Under the pieces are notes generated by a model. It searched no databases, had not been told where the DNA came from, and was given only the letters and a program-made list of their open reading frames with translations. Below are positions 25,370-40,731 of a stretch of DNA of 64,000 nucleotides, one piece after another. The first letter of the stretch is position 1, and the number at the start of each line of letters is the position of its first letter. The DNA is taken from positions 19,282,001 to 19,346,000 of the forward strand of contig CM022678.1 in assembly GCA_012295275.1 (NCBI GenBank), written 5' to 3'. The translations under genes and the position numbers were made by a program. Source of the DNA: Chrysomallon squamiferum. Lineage: Eukaryota > Animalia > Mollusca.

Positions 25370-25700
25370 ATTCGCGAACACTAATAGTATATATATACAT
25401 AAATACAATTAGCATTAAAATAGGTATTTCATATTACATTTCTAATTTTGTTCTTTAATCTATCATCTTTTTACACGAATGTCTAAATCATTTTTCCTAT
25501 TCCACTAAAATTACTAATGGGTGTTTCCAGTTTTGTTTAGTCACATTCGCTAAATAGCTAAAATTCGTCGAAAATACTCTTTGAGTTCGCTTTAAAATAT
25601 AAATAAATTTGACGAGTAGGCTACTGAAATAGAACTGAAAAGACTTATACTGTAAAACTTGCTTAAGTTGTCTCTTTCGGGACCAAGATCTTTCTGCTAA
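25370..25700. repeat. Inverted copy of ~20930-21238, including the Tigger end
   Basis: ttgtctctttcgggaccaa (~25668-25686) versus ttggtcccgaaagagacaa (~20948-20966), collinear out to ttcgcgaa. Confidence 0.8.
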
Positions 25701-26140
25701 TTTTTATTTATTTATTAAACAACCGTTATTGTCTTCAGTAGTAGTAGAAATAGTTATAGTTGTAGTCCTGTTAACAGCAGCAGTAGTTTTAGTAATAGAA
25801 GTTGTAGTTCTAGTAGTAGTCTTTTTTGTCGTTGATATTGTTTCTATAATATAATCAGAAACGGATTCAAATATGAAAAAATATAAATAAAAGTTAATTT
25901 CATTTATTATTGTTGTTCCTGTTGTTATTATCAATAATATAATACGAGTAGTATTAGTAGAAAAAGTACTATATTTTATTGTTATTGTTGTTGTAGTTGT
26001 GTTCCTGTCGTTGTAGTTGTCCCATTTATTGCTGATCTTAATGTTGTGGTTGTTGTTCTATTTATTATTCGTTTATTATTATTATGATTATTATTATTTT
26101 TATTATTATTATTATTATTATTATTCGTTTATTATTATTA

Positions 26141-26182
<42 letters not shown>

Positions 26183-26485
26183 TATCAAGGACCTTAAGCT
26201 GAAAAGGTCTAAAGGTTATACAGTTCAAGTCATAAGAGTAACTTCAGAAAGAGATCTCTAAATAAAAACAGCATGAATTAATGTGTTTACAGTCCCAGCT
26301 ATATATTATCAAAATACTAAAACGCATACACATACAAAGATTTTATTATTGACACAATTCACTGACTTGGAGGCACAATTACACACAAAACAACAAAAAG
26401 GAGGAAAGGATACCCTAAAGCAGAATTTTATTCCAAGCATAATTACTTTGTATATAGATAGACATAGATAGACACACAAAAACAC

Positions 26486-26542
<57 letters not shown>

Positions 26543-27010
26543 TCTTTTATAGTAGAGACGCCATGATGTCATGTTTTTGAAGATTTAGATAACACAAATA
26601 GTTTTCTTCTCAAAAAATGACCTTATTTTCCGAATATCTACTTATATTTTTAAAACTGAAAAATCCAGTAATGGAAAACATTTCTAGACCAAGCATAATG
26701 ACCTTCTGACGCATCAGATCACACAAACTTCATTTCAGGAATAAAGTTATTGAAAAAATGTATTAAAATAACAGCAGACTGTCTGTACAACCTATGTACG
26801 TGGATTTCATTTTTAATGTGTCTATCTGTAACATCTGGTTTTCTTCTCAGAAAAGAGACTTATTTTCCGACTTTCTCCTTATATTCTCAAATCAAAAATT
26901 TCTCCAGTCCAAACATTTTGCAATACGGTTCTAATATAACTACTATTATTTTTGTTCTCGTTGTTCTTTATTTTCTTTGTTCTATTTGTTCTTTATGACT
27001 ATTAGTAGTT

Positions 27011-27044
<34 letters not shown>

Positions 27045-27172
27045 CAGCAGCAGCAGCAGTAGCAGTAGTAGTAGTAGTAGCAGCAGCACCAGCAATAGTA
27101 TCTTCGTTTACAAAGAAGAACAATCCATGCAATTCATTTCAAACTGCTGTTACCATTTGTAAATTATTAAAT

Positions 27173-29277
27173 TTACAAATTGACGTCAGCATCAACAAGA
27201 AGTGGAAAAGTTTCCAGCAGCCAGTCCACTGCAGTTTTGTCGTCTGCTTTGTCTGGTGGAGTTGTTCCTGTTTTGAAATCATTCAGTTCAGTGACTTTGA
27301 AGTCTCTCCTGATTTCAAGCATACAATCATCATCCTCTCATTTCTGGTAGCAGTTGCTATTGCCAAATCAATCACCTGTTTCCAGTGTGTGTTTGGGGTA
27401 TCCGAATTAACAACTACAACAATGCATCGAATAAGAGGCATCAGTTGTTCGTAAAAATAGATATCATCCATTCCTTCAAACGAAAGCTCATCATTTCTCG
27501 TGACTTTGAGACCTGTATAGTCTTGTATAACTTGCTGAATCTTGTTTGAAATGTGAGATGTTTCCCAATCGTCTTTGTCATGAAGAATCGTGACATCAGC
27601 GCCATTTATTTCATCTTCTTTGTTCGTTTTGTAATAGAACTTAAAAATCCTCCTGAAACATGACCAAGCCTTACCCGGTGACTCGTCTGTTGATAAGATA
27701 TGCTGTGCTGTTTTCAGGTAAACTCGACTGATTAAAGGAACAACCTTATCAGCTTCTTGGGTGCCCATCAGCAGACTTGCACAGAGTCTGGCATTTTCGA
27801 ATTCTTTTTTATTAAGATATTCTTCTGTAATTCTAACCCAGTCCTCTAGTCCTTGTTCTTGGTTTTCAGACTTCTGATGAATCGGAAGAAAATGGGCTAA
27901 TTCACTGATCATACAGTAGATACCTTCAACTTGCCACGGCATTGGTACTTCAGGTAGACCATTCGTTTGCATCACCAAATCAGTTACAGTTTTAAAATAA
28001 GAGCGATATTTGTAAAGCACTTCAGGCGAAGAAGCTTCTATAGCAAGAATTTTGTAGTTTATCACTTCTTTCCTTAGCAAAGCCTTTTCGTCTGAAGAAA
28101 GACCCCTATTTTTACATTTTTACTTTTTTTACACAATTCCATAAAGGCAGAAATTTCATAGAATGGGTATGTATCAGCTTCCGTTCCTTCTATTACACCT
28201 CTTAAGACGGATTCAGCAGCTTCAAAGAATTTATTAGTGATGTAAGCGGAAGCCAAGTCATGTGCCGCATCAAAATTTGTGCCGTGTGTGATTTCAACGG
28301 CCTGTTTTAAAGTTTCTATCGCACGCTGAAATGTTGTCCTGTTCCTTTTTTGTTTCGATTTTCTCAGAAGAACCTTTCCCAGCTGATGAAGAGCATTGCC
28401 TGTAAGCAGAAGCCTGACTGACTCTTCTAACAGTCTCTCAGCTTTATCCAGTTGCTTTGTGTTTAGGAAATGCTTACCGCAGCTAGAAAGCACAAAGTGG
28501 ACGTGTTTGCCTAAATCAAGAGCTTTCTGGAAATGTCCTCGCGCGAAAGCAGTCGAGTTTGTTTGTGCACCTCTTCTACCAGCTTTTTATCTTCAAATGG
28601 CGTCCATCCAAATTCAAGCCGTTTCGCTAATTCCCCAAGCTCGGCATACGCCATGGCATTCAATGGTTCTGGACCTTTACTGCCGACATCCTGGAGCAGT
28701 TTGCAGCATCTGACAGCGTATTCAACGACATCCACACCTGACTGAATTGAATAGCTTTGAGCGGACAAAGATCGCCTAAGTGTTAGACCCTCTCCAAATT
28801 TCCACTCGTATTCTTCCGAATAGTTCTGATTTACTTTTCTGTACAACTTCAGAGCCTTTGGATAAGAAGCTGTCGAGATCCTAGCGTAGAAATAAGCAAG
28901 TTCAGCTTCAGCTACAGCAAGCATCCTGTCAAGGTCTCCAACCAGGTTTTCCAATTTGATTAATTCTGATTCAGCAGAACGGTCGTCTACTTTCTGCAGA
29001 AAACGCACACGGTTTGCACGAGCTACAATGTTACTAGGGTCATGACGACAGACTTTTAAATTTATCTCAATTGCCTTGTCTCGATCTCCTAGCAAAAACA
29101 GCAAGAAGGAAATAAAATTGTCTTCTCGATTTCTTTCCATCTCTTCTTCTTGTTCTCCTTGTAACTTTTCAAGAACTTTTTCTCTGTGCTGTTTTGAGCA
29201 GAACATGAGATATGTGAGGTGAAAGGAGTGAGGAAATGATTGTAATCTCTTTTCGAAGGAAATATCATCATCCGTAG
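27173..29277 (-). pseudogene. TPR-TIR paralogue, copy 2, main exon; three frameshifts (~28535, ~28120, ~27298)
   Basis: ORFs 28511..29206, 28074..28493 and 27283..28080 tile the same protein; acceptor tttccag|CTACGGATG at 29277; conserved end LVDADVNL-TAA at 27175-27173. Confidence 0.85.
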
Positions 29278-29401
29278 CTGGAAAACAAAATAATTCAAGT
29301 GTGGCAGTTTTCTGAAGTAAAAGTATTTTCTAAAAATATGTTTGATCTTTTATTTTTTTTATTAAACTGACGAGGAGTAATGATAATATATTGTTTTAAC
29401 C

Positions 29402-29507
<106 letters not shown>

Positions 29508-29681
29508 AAATTGGTGTGTGTGTGGTTGTTTGTTAGTGTTTTTATGTAGGTATCTCTATGTATGTATATATATATATATATATGTATGAAAGAGATAACA
29601 ACGTTTTTATAAAAGTAATCAGAATAAGGTAACATCAATGTGTAATGCTTCATAATACAGATCCTGATTAATATTTCTCAC

Positions 29682-29750
29682 CACCAATATTTATCCTGGC
29701 AAAATCCGTATCTATCGATGTCGTAGTTTGCTCTTTTCCCAAAAGTATGT
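29682..29750 (-). pseudogene. Degenerate exon 1 of copy 2 (no ATG)
   Basis: Reads ...TTSIDTDFARINIG G|gtgaga, homologous to copy 1 exon 1, but no in-frame ATG is visible. Confidence 0.6.
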
Positions 29751-29971
29751 AATAAAATGTTTTAGTAATATTCTATTTCTTATAGCTGTATTGAACATCG
29801 TACATTTAAAAAGCCGTGGATAAAAATAAATCCTAGTAATAAATGAAAAATAATTACATAAAAAAAAACGAAGAAAGAAATCGAAAGAGAAAGAAATTGA
29901 AACAACATATTTTTTTAAAATATTATAATAAAACAGAAATAAATAAATAAATAAAAAAGAAATATATAAAT

Positions 29972-30171
29972 NNNNNNNNNNNNNNNNNNNNNNNNNNNNN
30001 NNNNNNNNNNNNNNNNNNNNNNNNNNNNNNNNNNNNNNNNNNNNNNNNNNNNNNNNNNNNNNNNNNNNNNNNNNNNNNNNNNNNNNNNNNNNNNNNNNNN
30101 NNNNNNNNNNNNNNNNNNNNNNNNNNNNNNNNNNNNNNNNNNNNNNNNNNNNNNNNNNNNNNNNNNNNNNN
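29972..30171. other. Assembly gap, 200 N
   Basis: Run of exactly 200 n. Confidence 1.
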
Positions 30172-30411
30172 ATATATACAAAACTGAAAAGGTAAAGCTA
30201 ACAGTGTTTGACTGTTCAAAATGGAAAGTAGAAAGAAGTCGTTTATATAACACTGACAGTTACTTTCGCAGTAAGGAACATCGAGATAATTAAATAATAT
30301 TTTATTCTTTACTTGTGCATTAAAATATAAAATTAATTGACGAATTACCTAGTCTAGACTATAACTACAAGAAAGTGTAATACACAAATATTAGTATCAT
30401 CATCATCATCA

Positions 30412-30463
<52 letters not shown>

Positions 30464-30753
30464 TTGATGCAGTAGACTTGGTATTTCTCGGTGGGTTCAC
30501 TGACTGGGAAATGTGTCCTATTTCTCTAATTAGTCACCTGTGCTTTGACTTTGTTTAATCATTTTCGCGAAAATTACTATTGCGTAGTTTCAGTTTTTTT
30601 ATTCATATTTACTAAATAACCAAATTTAGTTGAAAATATTGTTCAAGTTAGGATTAAAAAATATACCTTATTCACAAATTGTATTTAGTTTTATTTTCTT
30701 CAGATTAGAACTCTACAATAGAAAAATAGATGATGATTATGATGATGATGATG

Positions 30754-30796
<43 letters not shown>

Positions 30797-31372
30797 TAAT
30801 AATGCCTCATGAACAGTTTCCTTTGGCATTCCAAATAATATTTTCTTTAATATTTAAACCTGAACGGAATATTACAGCATTAGACAACACATTTTACACA
30901 GCTTTTATCCTCTTTCTGAACAGATTCGTGGAATTCAAAGAGGAAAGTAGAAAAACGTCGCTCACAGAAGACTGACGGTTAGTTTTGGATAAAGGAACAT
31001 CCAGAGAGATCGTGTAAGTTTGATTTAAAATTTCTTATTCCGATCTTATACTTTATCTTTAACTAATAGTTTATTCATTACTTGTCCATTAAATCATGAC
31101 TATGGTTCAAGAATAGTTAACTGATATATAACATATAATTACAATTAAGTGAAATATAAAAATACCCAAGGTTATTTAAAATGTTGAAACAGTCACTTTT
31201 AAAAAAAAATTATATTCCGGCCCAAAACTATACATGTGTGATTCATCAACTTTAAATAAATAGAGAATGAAAACTACAGCAGCTAATGCTGATATAAAGG
31301 CAACACAAAAATTACCTTTTTTTGTTTTCATTCTTCAGTTTTATTTTATTTTATTTATTTGTTTATTTATTA

Positions 31373-31427
<55 letters not shown>

Positions 31428-31820
31428 TTATGTAAACAGTTTTGACACACTAGACATGACAATTCTCGATGTTTTCATTGATCCGAATATTTATCGTGTT
31501 TCTCATATTTCCCGAGAATTTGTCACGTGTGCTTTGACTTTGCTTAATCACGTTCTCGAAAATTGATAGCGAAATTACACAGAAAACAAGTATATAAATT
31601 TAGCGTTAACTTTTGTATTTCACATCACATTTCTAAATACGTTCGTTCATCAAGTATCTAGTTACACAAACCACATAAATTCGCTGAACGAACGTACACC
31701 TTATACTTCTATTTCCACGAAAACTACTAGTGTGTATTTTCAGTTTTTTAATCACGTTTATTAAACAACTAAATTTACAGAAAATACTATTCAAGTTAGT
31801 ATTAAAAAATATCTTATGAA

Positions 31821-31869
<49 letters not shown>

Positions 31870-32296
31870 TACTGCACACCGTTTCACACAGTTGACATGG
31901 TTTTTCATTGATCCGAATATTTAGCATATTTCTCGAATTTCACGAGAATTAGTCACGTGTGCTTTGACTTTTTAAAATCATGTTCACGAAAATTAATAGT
32001 TAAATTAGATAGAACGAAAATATATAAAGTTTGCTTTAAATCTGGTTATTATACATTTCTAAAAGCTTTGATCAACCAGTATCTAGTTACACAAACCAGA
32101 TATTGGCTGAACGAACGTATACCTTGTTCTTTTACTGATGCCTGGTTTCACTTTGTTTAATCACGTTTACTAAATAACTAAATTTCAAGTTATGGTTTAG
32201 AAATGTATCTTTTTAACTAATTTTATTTAGTTTCATTTCTCTACAGACTAAAACCCTCAAAGAAAAACAACAACAAAAAAACAGCAAACAAACAAC

Positions 32297-32328
<32 letters not shown>

Positions 32329-33629
32329 GCATTAATAGGAATAATCATAATAATGCCTCATGAACCGTTTTCTCTGGGATTCCAAATAATATTTTCTTTA
32401 ATATTTAAACCTAAGGGGAATATTCCCTTGTTAGAACACATTTTTACATAGTTTTTACAATAGTCATATCGTCTATCTGAACAGATTCGTGGAATTTCAA
32501 ACGAAAGTAGAAAGAAGTCACTTATATAACACTGACAGTTAGTTTCGCAGTAAGGAACATTCAGAGAGAACGTGTAAGTTTGAGTTAAAAAATCTTATTC
32601 CGATCATATACATTATACTTAACTAAGAATTTATTCATTACTTATCCATTAAGTTAACTGATATAATAAGTTATAACTACAATTAAGTGCAATATACAAA
32701 TACCCACGAAGCAAATAACAGAACAAATTAACACAAAATTCAGCTTAGTTCAAAACCGTAAGAAAATGTAAATCGATGATAAAATTTTGATAGCCTAATA
32801 AAAATTAGAATCTTTTAAAGGTAAAACAAATATTGGGTTGTCTTTCTTTTTCTCTTTTTCATTTTATTTTTTTTTAATTCTTTTTTCATTTTTATGTAAT
32901 TTAATTTAAAATTGTGAAGCAGGTCATTTTGTTTATTATTTTCTGGCCAAACACTCCAGTGTTGTGATTCCTCAAATTAAAATAAATAGAGAAAGAAAAC
33001 TAAGTAGAGATGTGAGTTCTGTACAGGATAGTATTATTTCATCCGAACGACCATCACAGCAGCTATAGGAATCGAAGTATTTCATTTTATTTTTCGATAT
33101 TCTTCTTCTTCTTCTTCTTCTTATTATTATTATTAATGTTGTTGTTGTTGCTGCTGATCTTGTTCTTGCTGTTGTTGTTGCTGTTATTGAACTAAATGGA
33201 ACAAGAAGAGACCACTCATATTTTTCTATTTTTTCTTACGTACACTCAGTAGACTTGCTATTTCTAAACGTGTTCACTGAAACGAATATATGTATGTGGC
33301 TCGTTTTTCTAATTCCACGAAAATTAGTCACATGTGCTCTGACTTTATGTAATCACGTTCGCTAAAATTAATAGTTAAATTACGTAGAAAATAAATATAT
33401 AAAGTTACCATTAAAATATTGATTTCACAACCCATTTCTAAATACGTTCATTCATTCAGCATCTAGTTACACAAACCTGATACATTCCACGAAAATTACT
33501 GATGCGTGGTGTCACTTTATTTAACCACCTTTACTAAATAACAAAATATCTTATTCAGAATTTTATTTAGTTTTATATCTCTGCAGATTACAACACTGAG
33601 AAGAAAAACAGATGATGATGATGATGATG

Positions 33630-33665
<36 letters not shown>

Positions 33666-36644
33666 GTAGTAGTAGTAATTATAACAATAATAATGTCACA
33701 TCCAGTTTTCTCTGGCATTCCAAATAAGATTTTCTTTAGTATTTAAACTTAAACGGAATAATACAGTATTAGGAGTATTTAAATAATGGGAAGGTAAATA
33801 TTTTTCTTTTAATTATTATTATTTTTCTGCCTTGTTAAATTTAAAATCAAGACTCGTCTTTTAGTTCACTGTTGTCTGTTGTCTTACTATTTTCACAGGT
33901 GTAATTTACAGAACAAGATGAATCAGCTTTATGGATAGTTCTAGCATCTCCCGATTGCTATATTTCTTCTACATTTCAGTGACCTAATTTCGTACACTCA
34001 TTTCTGTTTCTGTATTGTTATATATATATACATATCGGCTGACAGCTGTAGTGTTTTTAACTCATGTTGGCTGATAAAAGTGAATAACAGTTAGAACTGC
34101 TGTGAGTCCTAGTGTTATAATATAAAAAAAAAAAAAGAAAAAAAAAAAAAAATATGAGTTGTTTGTTGGTTAGCTTTAGTTCAGGCGAGGGAAACCTTTT
34201 TTCTTTAGATACACAACGAGTTCACTAAGAAGAGCCATGGTGTTTACAAACGTGCTCATTCATCCGAATAGTTAGCTTATTTTTCTACTTCCACGAAAAT
34301 TAGTCACGTGTGCTCTGACTTTGTTTGATCACGTTCGCGAAAATCAATAGTTAAATTGCGTAGAAACTAAATATATAAAGTTAGCTTTAAAATATCACAT
34401 TTCTAAATGCGTTCATTAATCTAGCATCTAGTTACAAAAACCCCAATAAGTTCGCTGAAGTAACGCACTTCTATTTCCAGGAAAATTACTAATGCGCTCT
34501 TTCAGTTTGTTTAATCACGTTTACTAAATAACAAAATTTAGTGGAATTTACTGTTCAAGTCAGGATTAAAAAATATATCTTATTAAACCATTTTATTTAG
34601 TTTTATTTTCTGTTGTCACGCAACAAGGTTATTACAATACCTTATCAGGTAACTTCTTTTATATAGTTTAACTTGTGCATTAAAATATAAAATTCATTCA
34701 TTATATATTCAAGTTATAACTACCAGGAAATGTAATATACAAATGCACAAGAAGCAAATAACACAAACTTCATCTTAGTTCAGAAAAGACTAGTTCACAT
34801 AAATTGATTCGAAGGTTTACTGAAACCAATAGGATTTTGATAGCCTAATAAAAGTTAAGATTTATAGAACCGTGAGGGAAAAAATATCATTATTATTATT
34901 ATTTGTATGATTATTATTATTATTATTATTATTTGTATGATTATAACTATTATTATTATTATTATTAGTAGTAGTAGTAGTAGTATATATATTTTTTTAC
35001 TTTTAAAATCAAAACGCAGGTCATTTCTGAAACAAACACAATACAGCTGTAACTCCTCAAAATAATATAAAAATAAAAACAAATCCTACTAAAAACTGTT
35101 TAGTAAATACTTATTATATCTCCCGGGTCACTTTTCTGGCTATATTTCATGTATATTTCAAAGAACTAATTTCGCACACACGTTTTTGTTCATGCAGTGT
35201 TTTATGTCGCTTATAGGTGCGATATTTTTGATTCATGTAGGCTGATAAAAGTGATTAACATGTAGAATTGTTGATCCTAGTGTTTTTGGATAACAAAATC
35301 GAAATATGAGTTGTGTATAGGTTAGGTTTAGTTCAAGCGAGGGAAACATGTTTTTTTTGTTTGTTTGTTTACATAGTCAGCGAGTTCACAAAGTATTCAT
35401 GATATTTCTAAACGTGTTCGTTGATCCGAATACCTGAACATAGTTTATTTTCCTACTTCCACGAAAATTAGTCACGTGTCCTGTGACTTTGTGTGATCAC
35501 GTTCGCCAAAATTAATAGATATATAACATTTCTAAATACGTTCATTCATCCAGCTGAAGGAATGTAAACTTTGAAACAAGATCTCGTAAATTGACGGGAA
35601 TCTTCTTTATTTTTTATTTTTGTAAGATCAGAAGAATGGGAAGGTTTCTGTAAGAGTAAGATTTTGATGGCCTAATAAAAGATTAGTATTTCTTTTTTTA
35701 ATTATTATTTTATTTTTTGCATTATTAAATTTAATATTTAGAAACATGTAATTTCGTTCATTATTCTTTGACCCAACCTATGAAGCTGTGATTCCTCCAA
35801 TTAATACTAGCTGTAATTCTTGCATATTTCAATGACCGGATTCCAAACACTCGTTTCTGTTTCTGTGTTGTTTTATAGCGGCTGATAGTTGTGACAAAGC
35901 TAACACCGAGATTTTTTTGTTTTAGTTATTTCATTTTTGTATTATTCAATTTGAAATGTCGAAGCAAGTCATTTGTTTCATTGTTCTCAGCCTCAAACAT
36001 TAGACATGTGTAATTTCTGTAAGTTATGGAAGAAATATTAATTCTAATAGAAACTGCTTCGTAAATATATCTTAGATATACCGGGTCTCTCTTATCGCTC
36101 TATTTCTTGCATGTTTCAATGACTTAACTTGACACACCCGTCTTTGTTTGTGTATTTTTATGTATCGGCTGACAGCAGTCATACTTCTAACTTATGTACG
36201 CTGATAAAAATAAACAAGAATGTGAAACATTTGTGATTCTTCAAATTCCTAGTGTTATTAGACAAAAGAGTCGAAATATTTGTTTTTTATGCGGTAGGTC
36301 TTATTTTATGTTAACGAGACTAAAAGGAACTGTAACGCACGAAAAAATGTATACAAAGCGATTTCACTCTGTAGACACGATATTTCTAAATATGTTCACT
36401 GATTCGCATGTTTACTCTGTTTCTCTAATTTCACGAAGATTATTCACTTTCTTTAATCACGTTCATGGAAATTAATAGCTAAAGTAGGTAGAAAGTAAAC
36501 AGGTAAAAATGGCATTAAAATATGTACTTGATATCACGTTTATAAATGCATTCATTAAAACCTCCATCTACTCAAACAATCAGAATAAATTCGCTACAGT
36601 ATAGTTTATTTCCCATAACACCAACCATAAACTTAAAACATTTC

Positions 36645-36960
36645 ACAGTCCAACCAAATTGGAGACGGAATTAGCGTATTCTGTTGGAGTTATCTGTCCT
36701 GTCATGAGGAGCATTTGCTGTTGGCGCATGTCAGAGTCGAGTTGCTGGTATTTCCTACGTTTATGTTATCCTGTATGTAGAGGGTAGCTGGACGGTCTTT
36801 CTGCCAACATCGCCTTGTGAACACTTCCGTTATATCGGCGATTTTTTATTCTAAAATTTACAGCCGATATAAACCAAATTGTCACCACCATGAGAATTTG
36901 CCAGTCTGTATGATTTGTGTTTTGTTTGGCGGGTGCATACCGATGCTGAACAATCATAGG
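36645..36960 (-). mobile_element. Possible Mutator-like (MULE) transposase C-terminal relic
   Basis: GC-richer single-copy island; the frame continuing ORF 36766..36957 past its stop reads HKRRKYQQLDSDMRQQQMLLMTGQITPTEYANSVSNLVGL*, recalling animal MULE C-termini. Confidence 0.4.
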
Positions 36961-37564
36961 TCACGTGTACAGAGATGTGTACATGTATTACATGTAAGCT
37001 GCAACATATTTAAAAACAGGTTTTGACACTGACTACAGCGACTGAAGCGTTTAGCCGTATCACATAATCCAGGTGCGAATAATAGCGACATTGTAGACTG
37101 CTTAACAGTGAGTGATCACGTGAATATCATAAACCAGCAGGACAAACTGGGACGTCGATAGAATAAAGACTCTATAACTGGTCGACCTAAGTGAAAAAAA
37201 AGAAAAGAAGTAGAAATAATAAAAGAGAAAAAGGCTTTTTCAAGTTAATATAAGTAAACACAGATACGAATAAAGTAAATTATGAAGATATCTACTAGCG
37301 TATTTCATTTCATTTGAGAATAAAATATATTTAGAATTTTAATACCGCCTGGCATATACTTACAAATAAATAAAGGTGTACATTGTACATGTATCCTTTA
37401 ATGTAAATAAGTAATTTTTATTTTCGAATTTAACTAGTGACAGAGTCAGTGCTACGTCTGGACACACCCGAACCTAAAGAGTTGAAGTCTTGGAAGCCAT
37501 AGCTTCCGTGAAAATGACATCTCGATAACAGAAACCACTTCATACAGAAAGACGAGTAGAGTTT

Positions 37565-38422
37565 AAAAAGAAAGTAGAAAGTTGTCGGTTACCTAACATT
37601 GATGGTTTGATCTGAAGTAAGCAACATGAAGCGAGAACGTTCAAGTTTGGTTTAAAAATTCAAATTCGCTCATGTACTTTATTTTTAACTAATAGTTTAC
37701 TCATTATTGGTCCATTAAATCATAACTATAATTCACGAATAGTTAGCTGATTTATACGTAACAACTACCTACAAGGAAGTGTAATATGGAAATACCCAAG
37801 AAACAATAACAACAAGAAATTAACTGAACATTCAACCTTATCTCAGAAACACGTAAATCTATTAGAAGTTTTTGTAACCAGTAAAATTGTGATATCCTTA
37901 TACAAATTTGTATTATATAAAGAGAAAATAATGGCTTTTTCTTCTTTTTTCTTTTCTCTTTTGTTTTTAAATTACTTTTTTAATTCATATTTAATTTACT
38001 TTAAAATTTTGAAGTAGGCCATTTTGTTTATTATTCTCTGGCCTAAACATTACACAGCTGTGATTACTCAAATTTATACAAATAGAAATAGAAAACTTTG
38101 CCACTACAAACTGTTTTATAAATATCCCTTACATCTTGTTAGTCTCTTGCACATTTCTTGGACATTTCAACGTGCTAATTTCACACACTCGTTTCTCTTT
38201 CTGTATGGTTATATATCGGCTCATAGCTGTGATAGTTTTAATTCATACAGGCTGATCAAAGCCAATAGCATGAAGAATATTTGAGAGTCCTACTGTTATT
38301 AGATTAAAAAGTAGAAATGTAGGTTAGGATTATTTCATGCGAGCGAAACTGACGTGAACTATGACAATCGAAACATTTTATTTTGTTTTAGTTATTATTA
38401 CCCTTCTGCTTATCCTCATCTG

Positions 38423-38473
<51 letters not shown>

Positions 38474-39150
38474 GTTATTGTTGTTGTTGTTGATGTTGTT
38501 GTTATTATTTCCTGGAAACCGTTTTCGCACACTAGACGTGGTATTTTTGAATGTGTTCGTTGAATCGAATATTTGCCCTACATCTCTAATTCCACGAAAA
38601 TTAGTCACGAGTACTTTCATTTTTTTAAATCAGTATCGCGAAAATTTGTAGCTAAATTATGTAAATATAGAAAGTTAGCTTTATTTTTTAGTATTTAATA
38701 TTACATTTGTATATGCGTTGATTAATTCAGTATTTAGTTACACAAACAAAATAAATTCGCTGGACGAATGTTCATCTTATTTTTTCTAATTGCACGAAAA
38801 TTACTAATTCATCTTTTCAGTTTGCTTAGTCCCGTTCGCTAAATTGCTAAATTTCGTACAAAATAATATTTAAGTTTGTATAAAATATACATCAGTTTCA
38901 CGAATTGCCTTTTGACATATAAGAGTTATTACTAGAAAGAATTATAATAAAAATAACACAAAGCGTTAATTTAAAAGTTCAGCATAGCTCAGAAAATACC
39001 ACGTCTCTTAAATGGACGGGAATTATTTTTTGAATCACTATAATATTGAGAAGTCGAAAGTTTCATTTTTCTGAAGAAGATTGAAAAAAGGAAAAGAAAC
39101 AGAAAACTAACGAAAAAAAAATTAAGAATAATAATAATAGTAACAATAAC

Positions 39151-39203
<53 letters not shown>

Positions 39204-40199
39204 TCATCATCATCATCATCATAATAAACGCCTTCATGAATTTGATATAGCTTTCCCGATAAGAATGTTTTCTTTAATATTTAAACCTACACGTAGCATT
39301 ACTGTATTAGGAAACATTCCTCATATGGCTTTTACGGTGATTTTCTCCTGCTGTAGAAGCGATTCTTGGAATTTAAAAAGGAAAGAAGAAAGTAGTCGCT
39401 TACACAACACTGACGGTTAATTTCGGAGTTAGGGACATCCAGAGAGAACATGGAAGTTTCATTTACGATATGTTTTTCGATCATATGCTTTAAATTTACC
39501 TAACAGAATATCCATTAAATTATAAATATAATTAACGAATAATTTATTGATATATAAGAACTACAGCGACAACTACAAGGACGTATAATACGCTAAGATA
39601 CATGACATAAACAGCACAAGAAATTAAATTAAAATCAGTTTGGCTCATAAGTAATAAGATCACGTAAACCGATCAGAACACGTTTTGGAAACAGTAAGAT
39701 TTTGGTGGGCAAATAAAATTTAATATTTATATCAGAGCAAGACGTACATTTTCTTCGTTACTTTTTTATTTCATTAATTATTTTCTTTTTGTATTATTAA
39801 TTTTAAAATATAGACTCATGTCATTTCTTAGATTATTATCTGACTCAAACTCTACACAGCTCTGAATCGTCGAAACAGTACAAAGAGAAAAAGAAAACAT
39901 CCCACTACAAACTGCTTTACACATGTTTATTACATGTTAATGGACTCTTTACTCGATTTACTTGTTGCGTTTTTCAGTGACCTAATTTCACACACCCGTC
40001 ACTGTTTCTGTATTGTTATATATCGGCTGATATTCAAACTGGTGACTCATGTCAGCTGACACAGGTGAATAAGAACGCAGGGCCTGCTAGTGTTAACAGA
40101 TAAAAATTATAAACACGAGATATGTATAGATTAGGACATATTTCATATGAATGAAACGAAAAGTAATTATTAGAAACGAACAATATTATTATTATTATT

Positions 40200-40243
<44 letters not shown>

Positions 40244-40250
40244 TATTATT
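37565..40250. repeat. Direct duplication of ~46980-49660 (offset ~9.4 kb)
   Basis: Twin short ORFs 38024/47392, 38378/47761, 38989/48444 and collinear nucleotide similarity. Confidence 0.88.
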
Positions 40251-40476
40251 ATTAAGCATTTTATTCTGTGACCCAAGCATAGACAGCTACAATTGCTCAA
40301 CATTACAGAAAAAAGAAAAAATCCAACTACAAACTAATCTATAAATAACTATTACTTCTCCCCGGTGTTCATACTCGCAAGGTTTCTTACATATTTCAGT
40401 GACCTAGATTCACACACCCGATTCTGTATTATAATACATCGGTTGATAACGCTCAAGATAGCTATAATAGAGAGAT

Positions 40477-40608
<132 letters not shown>

Positions 40609-40731
40609 CGGTTAAAACCATATATTATCATTACTCCTCGTCAGTTTAATAAAAAAAATAAAAGATGAAACATATTTTTAGAAAAGACTTTTACTTCAGA
40701 AAACTGCCACTTAAATGTTTTTGTTTTCCAG

